Source of the DNA: Bacillota bacterium
GTDB lineage: Bacteria > Bacillota > Clostridia > Tissierellales > Peptoniphilaceae
Length of the DNA stretch: 64,000 bases
NCBI GenBank assembly: GCA_028724185.1
Contig: JAQYDN010000002.1
Location: forward strand, 18,979-82,978
Reading direction: 5' to 3'
The translations under genes and the position numbers were made by a program. The notes beneath the pieces are model-generated. The model saw nothing but the letters and a program-made list of their open reading frames with translations, was not told the origin of the DNA and searched no databases. This document shows positions 60,213 through 64,000 of the stretch, one piece after another; position 1 is the first letter of the stretch, and every line of letters starts with the position of its first letter.

Positions 60213-60815
60213 TCAATACGATAATCCGTCCTTTTTATCCGCTCGTCGAAGCACAAGCCACGACGCTCCGTCATACTTTGCGATGGAAAGCCCCATGTTT
60301 CTCGCCACGGGGCGATGCCAGAACTGCCTCACAGGTATCCCTTCCAGGACGTTTAAAAGGGCACGAATGCTCACGCCGTGCGCGACGATGAGGACATGTT
60401 TGTGATCGCACCGCTCCAACATCCGAATAAATTCCTCGATATGGCGGTATAGGTCGTGAAAATTTTCTTTGCCGGGGAGCTGAAATTCGTCCGGTCGCTG
60501 AAAATAGACCTCGAACAGAGGATCGTCTCGAACCTCTTTAAACAGCGCCCCTTCCCAAGAGCCTAAGGGTAATTCTCTCAGTGCCTCTATCTCTATTATG
60601 GGCAAATTTTTCGTATTTATCAAGTTCTGTGCCGTTCGTTTCGCCCTCGTCAAATCGGAGGTGTAGCAAACGTCTAAGGGAATCGAGGCGAGCGTTTGGC
60701 GCATCCGCGCGATCTCCGCGTACCCTTTTTTCGTAATCGGCGAATCCATGCGACCCTGAATGCGATCCTCGACGTTCCATTCCGTTTCCGCGTGGCGCAG
60801 AATGTAGAGGTACAT
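60213..60815 (-). CDS. Histidine phosphatase (phosphoglycerate mutase-like) family protein
   Basis: RHAETEWN, SDLTRAKRT, GSWEG and VAHG. Confidence 0.9.
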   Translation of the reverse strand: MYLYILRHAETEWNVEDRIQGRMDSPITKKGYAEIARMRQTLASIPLDVCYTSDLTRAKRTAQNLINTKNLPIIEIEALRELPLGSWEGALFKEVRDDPLFEVYFQRPDEFQLPGKENFHDLYRHIEEFIRMLERCDHKHVLIVAHGVSIRALLNVLEGIPVRQFWHRPVARNMGLSIAKYDGASWLVLRRADKKDGLSY

Positions 60816-63800
60816 TTATTTTTTCTTCAGCTCGAAGCGAATTCTCTCGCCGTTTAAGTCCTGTTCTTTCGTCTCGAGGTCTTTGAGCGTCATGCCGTCG
60901 GCCAGTGTCTCCGAACAAATTCGATCGCTCGCCGATTCGAGCGCGTCTTTGACCGCTCCGTCGCAATAGTAGTCGATGTGGATGCGGTCGGTGACGTCGT
61001 AGTCGTTCGACTTCCGTTGTTTTTGAACCTTCGAGATGAACTCCCGGACGTAGCCTTCGGCGAGGAGTTCCTCATCGAGCTCGGTATCCAGGATGACGAA
61101 GAGGTTATCTTCCATGCTGACGTTAAAGCCTTCTTTGGAGGAGATGTCGACGAGGACGTCGTCGAGCGTCACCTCGGTTTCTTCGCCGTTTAAGACCATC
61201 GTCACGGGCCCTTGCTTGAGTTCGTCGTAAAGCGCCTTGGCGTCGCTCTCGTCGAGGCATTTCTTAAAGTCTTTAATCTTCGGCCCGAATTTTTGACCCA
61301 CTTCCTTAAAGTTGGGTTTCAAGTGATAAGTCATATAGGTCGACAGGTCGTCGGAGTATTCGACTTTTTTAACGTTTAATTCCTCTTCGATGAGTCCGGT
61401 CAAGTCGCCGATGATCGGCTTAAGATCCGCATCGACCAATGCCTCGGAGAGGGGCTGGCGCACTTTGATCTTCGCGTTTTCGCGACCCGCGCGCCCCAAC
61501 GTAACGAGGGTGCGGACGATGTCCATTTTTTCCTCGAGTTTTTCGTCGATGAGCGATTCGTCGACGGCGGGATAGGATTCCAAGTGAATGCTTTCGCCGC
61601 CTACGAGCGTCATATAAAATTCTTCGGCAATAAACGGCGCGATCGGCGCGATCATCTTGCTTACGCCCAAGAGGACGTCGTAGGTCGTCTTAAAGACCGC
61701 ATCTCTCGACGGCGTGTCCTCCTCGGACCAGAAACGTCTTCTGTTTCTCCGGATGTACCAGTTGGAGAAATCTTCGGAGACGAAATCCTGGATGTCGCGG
61801 ACGACTTTCGTAATCTCGTGTACTTCCATGTTGTCGATGACCGAACGAAGCAAACTGTTGTATCTCGACAGGAGCCAATGGTCGATCTCTTCGTATGCTA
61901 CCTCGTCCATCTCCCTCGGATCGACGCCGTTGATGTTGGCGTAGAGCGTAAAGAGGTTGTGGATATTTCTGAGCGAGCGGAAGAATTTACCGTTTACTTC
62001 CCGCAGGCCGTCTTCGTCGAATTTCGTCGGCGTCCACGGCGGAGAGACATAGACCAGGTACCATCTCACGGCGTCGGCGCCGTATTGCTCAAACAGCTCT
62101 TGAGGCGAGACGGTATTTCCGCGCGACTTACTCATCTTCTTACCCTCTTTGTCCAGGATCAGGTCGTTGACGAGCACGCTCTTATAAGGTGCCTTGCCCG
62201 TCATATACGTCGAGATCGCGAGGAGCGAGTAGAACCATCCGCGCGTCTGGTCGATCCCCTCGTTGATGAAGGCGGCGGGGAAGAGTTCGTCGAAGTCCTC
62301 CTTGTGCTCGAAGGGGTAGTGCCACTGCGCAAAGGGCATCGATCCGGAGTCGAACCAACAGTCGATGACGTCGGTTTCGCGCACCATCTCGCCGCCACAT
62401 TCGCACTTGATGTGGACGTCGTCGACGCTCGGGCGGTGCAGGTCGATGTCTTCGTCGATGTCTTCGATTGAACGCTCGACGAGCTCTTTAATACTCCCGA
62501 TCGAGGTCAACTTGCCGCAATCGGGACAGCGCCAAATCGGAAACGGCGTGCCCCAGTATCTCGACCGCGAGATCGCCCAGTCGTTTAAGTTTTCGAGCCA
62601 GTTGCCGAAGCGCTTTTCGCCGACAAACGACGGATACCAGTCGACGCCCTCGTTATTTTTGATCAATTGATCTTTAAACTTCGTCACTTCGATGTACCAC
62701 GACGGGTGCGCGTAGTAAATAAGCGGAGTCTTACAACGCCAGCAGTGCGGGTAATTGTGCACGATGGTCTTCTTCGAAAAGACTTTATCCTGAGACTTCA
62801 AGTAGTCGATGATCTCTTCGTTGACATGGTGGACAAATTTTCCCTTCCACTGCGTTGCCGTAAAGTTCCCGTCGTCGTCCACCGGTTTGATAAAGGCGAG
62901 GTTGTTCCTGCGCCCGGTCTGATAGTCGTCTTCGCCGAATGCGGGCGCCGTGTGGACGATCCCGGTCCCGTCTTCGGTGGTGACGTAGTCGGCCGTGACG
63001 ACGACGAAGGCCTTGCCCCCCGTCGGCTCGATCTGATCGATGAGTTGTTCATACTCGCGACCCTCGAGCTCTTTTCCCTTCAAGGTGTCGATGACCTCGT
63101 AGTCGCCCTCCAAGACCGTATCCTTTAATTCGTCGGCCAAGTAGTAGACGTTTCCGTCTTCGTATCTTACCTTGACGTAGTCCACGTCGGGGTGTACGGC
63201 GAGCGCCACGTTCGAGGGAACCGTCCACGGCGTCGTCGTCCACGCCAAGTAATACGCGTCCTCGTCCTTCGCCTTAAACTTCATCGTGATCGTCGGCGTC
63301 TTGTCCTCCTGATAGCCCTGTGCCACCTCGTGGGATGCAAGACCTGTACCGCAGCGCGGGCAATACGGCAGAATCTTATGTCCCTCGTAGATCAACCCGT
63401 CCTTGAACATCTTATCCAAGATGTACCACACCGTCTCGATATACGAATTGTTGAGGGTGATGTAGGGATCGTCCATGTCGATCAAATAACCCATGCGCGC
63501 AGTCATCTCGCGCCACAGTCCCTCGTATTCGAAGACGGACTCGCGGCACTTTTGATTAAACTTTTCGATGCCGTAGGCCTCGATATCCTGCTTGTTGTGA
63601 AGGTTCAACTTCTTTTCCACTTCGATTTCGACGGGGAGTCCGTGGGTATCCCAGCCCGCTTTTCGTTTGACGCGATAACCCTGCATCGTCTTGTAGCGAC
63701 ACGTCAAATCCTTCAACGTTCTCGCCATGACGTGGTGAATGCCCGGCTTACCGTTTGCGGTCGGCGGGCCTTCGTAGAAAATAAAATCCTCCCGACCTTC

Positions 63801-63908
63801 GCGCGTCTCGATCGAACGCTTCAACAGGTCGATCTCTTGCCAATAATCGACGATGCGCCGTTCGCGCACGTCCGCCTTATCTTTCGACAATACTTGAAAG
63901 TTTGCCAT
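60816..63908 (-). CDS. ileS: Isoleucine-tRNA ligase, type 2 (IleRS2)
   Basis: YEGPPTANGKPGIHH, GWDTHGLPVE, WTTTPWT, DWAISRSRYWG, EGIDQTRGWF and KMSKS; 1030 aa with an IleRS2-type C-terminus and no C-terminal Zn finger. Confidence 0.96.
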   Translation of the reverse strand: MANFQVLSKDKADVRERRIVDYWQEIDLLKRSIETREGREDFIFYEGPPTANGKPGIHHVMARTLKDLTCRYKTMQGYRVKRKAGWDTHGLPVEIEVEKKLNLHNKQDIEAYGIEKFNQKCRESVFEYEGLWREMTARMGYLIDMDDPYITLNNSYIETVWYILDKMFKDGLIYEGHKILPYCPRCGTGLASHEVAQGYQEDKTPTITMKFKAKDEDAYYLAWTTTPWTVPSNVALAVHPDVDYVKVRYEDGNVYYLADELKDTVLEGDYEVIDTLKGKELEGREYEQLIDQIEPTGGKAFVVVTADYVTTEDGTGIVHTAPAFGEDDYQTGRRNNLAFIKPVDDDGNFTATQWKGKFVHHVNEEIIDYLKSQDKVFSKKTIVHNYPHCWRCKTPLIYYAHPSWYIEVTKFKDQLIKNNEGVDWYPSFVGEKRFGNWLENLNDWAISRSRYWGTPFPIWRCPDCGKLTSIGSIKELVERSIEDIDEDIDLHRPSVDDVHIKCECGGEMVRETDVIDCWFDSGSMPFAQWHYPFEHKEDFDELFPAAFINEGIDQTRGWFYSLLAISTYMTGKAPYKSVLVNDLILDKEGKKMSKSRGNTVSPQELFEQYGADAVRWYLVYVSPPWTPTKFDEDGLREVNGKFFRSLRNIHNLFTLYANINGVDPREMDEVAYEEIDHWLLSRYNSLLRSVIDNMEVHEITKVVRDIQDFVSEDFSNWYIRRNRRRFWSEEDTPSRDAVFKTTYDVLLGVSKMIAPIAPFIAEEFYMTLVGGESIHLESYPAVDESLIDEKLEEKMDIVRTLVTLGRAGRENAKIKVRQPLSEALVDADLKPIIGDLTGLIEEELNVKKVEYSDDLSTYMTYHLKPNFKEVGQKFGPKIKDFKKCLDESDAKALYDELKQGPVTMVLNGEETEVTLDDVLVDISSKEGFNVSMEDNLFVILDTELDEELLAEGYVREFISKVQKQRKSNDYDVTDRIHIDYYCDGAVKDALESASDRICSETLADGMTLKDLETKEQDLNGERIRFELKKK

Positions 63909-63928
63909 CTTTTCACTCCTTTGCTTAT

Positions 63929-63963
63929 AAAAAACGCCCCTTCGTCTTTCGACAAAGGGACGC
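63929..63963 (-). terminator. T-box terminator
   Basis: GCGTCCCTTTGTC-GAAA-GACGAAGGGGCG followed by T6. Confidence 0.88.
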
Positions 63964-64000
63964 TTCTCAACGCGGTACCACCCTAATTATAGGATCCTAT
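63929..64000 (-). ncRNA. T-box riboswitch 3' portion (antiterminator); leader truncated by the window edge
   Basis: AATTAGGGTGGTACCGCG at 63988..63971 upstream of ileS; the specifier loop lies outside the window. Confidence 0.9.

Noticed and set aside
11437-63986. Many long antisense or alternate-frame ORFs (e.g. 16757..17599, 23254..24054, 31721..32758, 41896..42924, 61584..62471)
   Set aside because: All overlap well-supported housekeeping genes and show the V/D/R-rich composition of reverse-frame shadows.

Overview
A 64 kb, mostly minus-strand, GC-rich (about 55-60% in spot counts) stretch of core chromosome from a Gram-positive anaerobe. It is Bacillota; Tissierellia/Peptoniphilaceae-like is my inference from gene order and content, not something the sequence proves. 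In coordinate order: the 3' end of a membrane protein gene, aspartokinase, a TPP-riboswitch ykoF-thiXYZ unit, and a MATE pump. An accessory patch follows, with an AT-rich DUF262/HNH (GmrSD-like) gene, an orphan CD1845-like ICE gene, an SLH-glutaredoxin fusion and a CapA-family lipoprotein. Next come RNase P RNA, the nfeD-floA-phoH-ybeY-era-recO-glyQS-ccpN-dnaG-rpoD-trmK-nif3 cluster, rpsU, the hemW-hrcA-grpE-dnaK-dnaJ-prmA-rsmE-mtaB cluster with CIRCE, and lepA/lepB/rpsT/holA/comEC. After these lie a degenerate AlaX-like gene, thrCB, nfnAB, a TPR protein with a His/Cys repeat tail, a Zn-PLC-family gene, a frameshifted small gene and EF-G2. The window ends with a cysteine uptake/catabolism module and a T-box-controlled type 2 ileS carrying a GIHH signature. 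No CRISPR array, rRNA, tRNA or transposase was seen. The most unusual items are the secreted SLH-anchored NrdH/glutaredoxin fusion coupled to capA, the AlaX homolog lacking all Zn ligands, the TPR-(His/Cys)x3 protein and the GxHH IleRS2. All family calls come from motif recognition by eye; no database searches were run.
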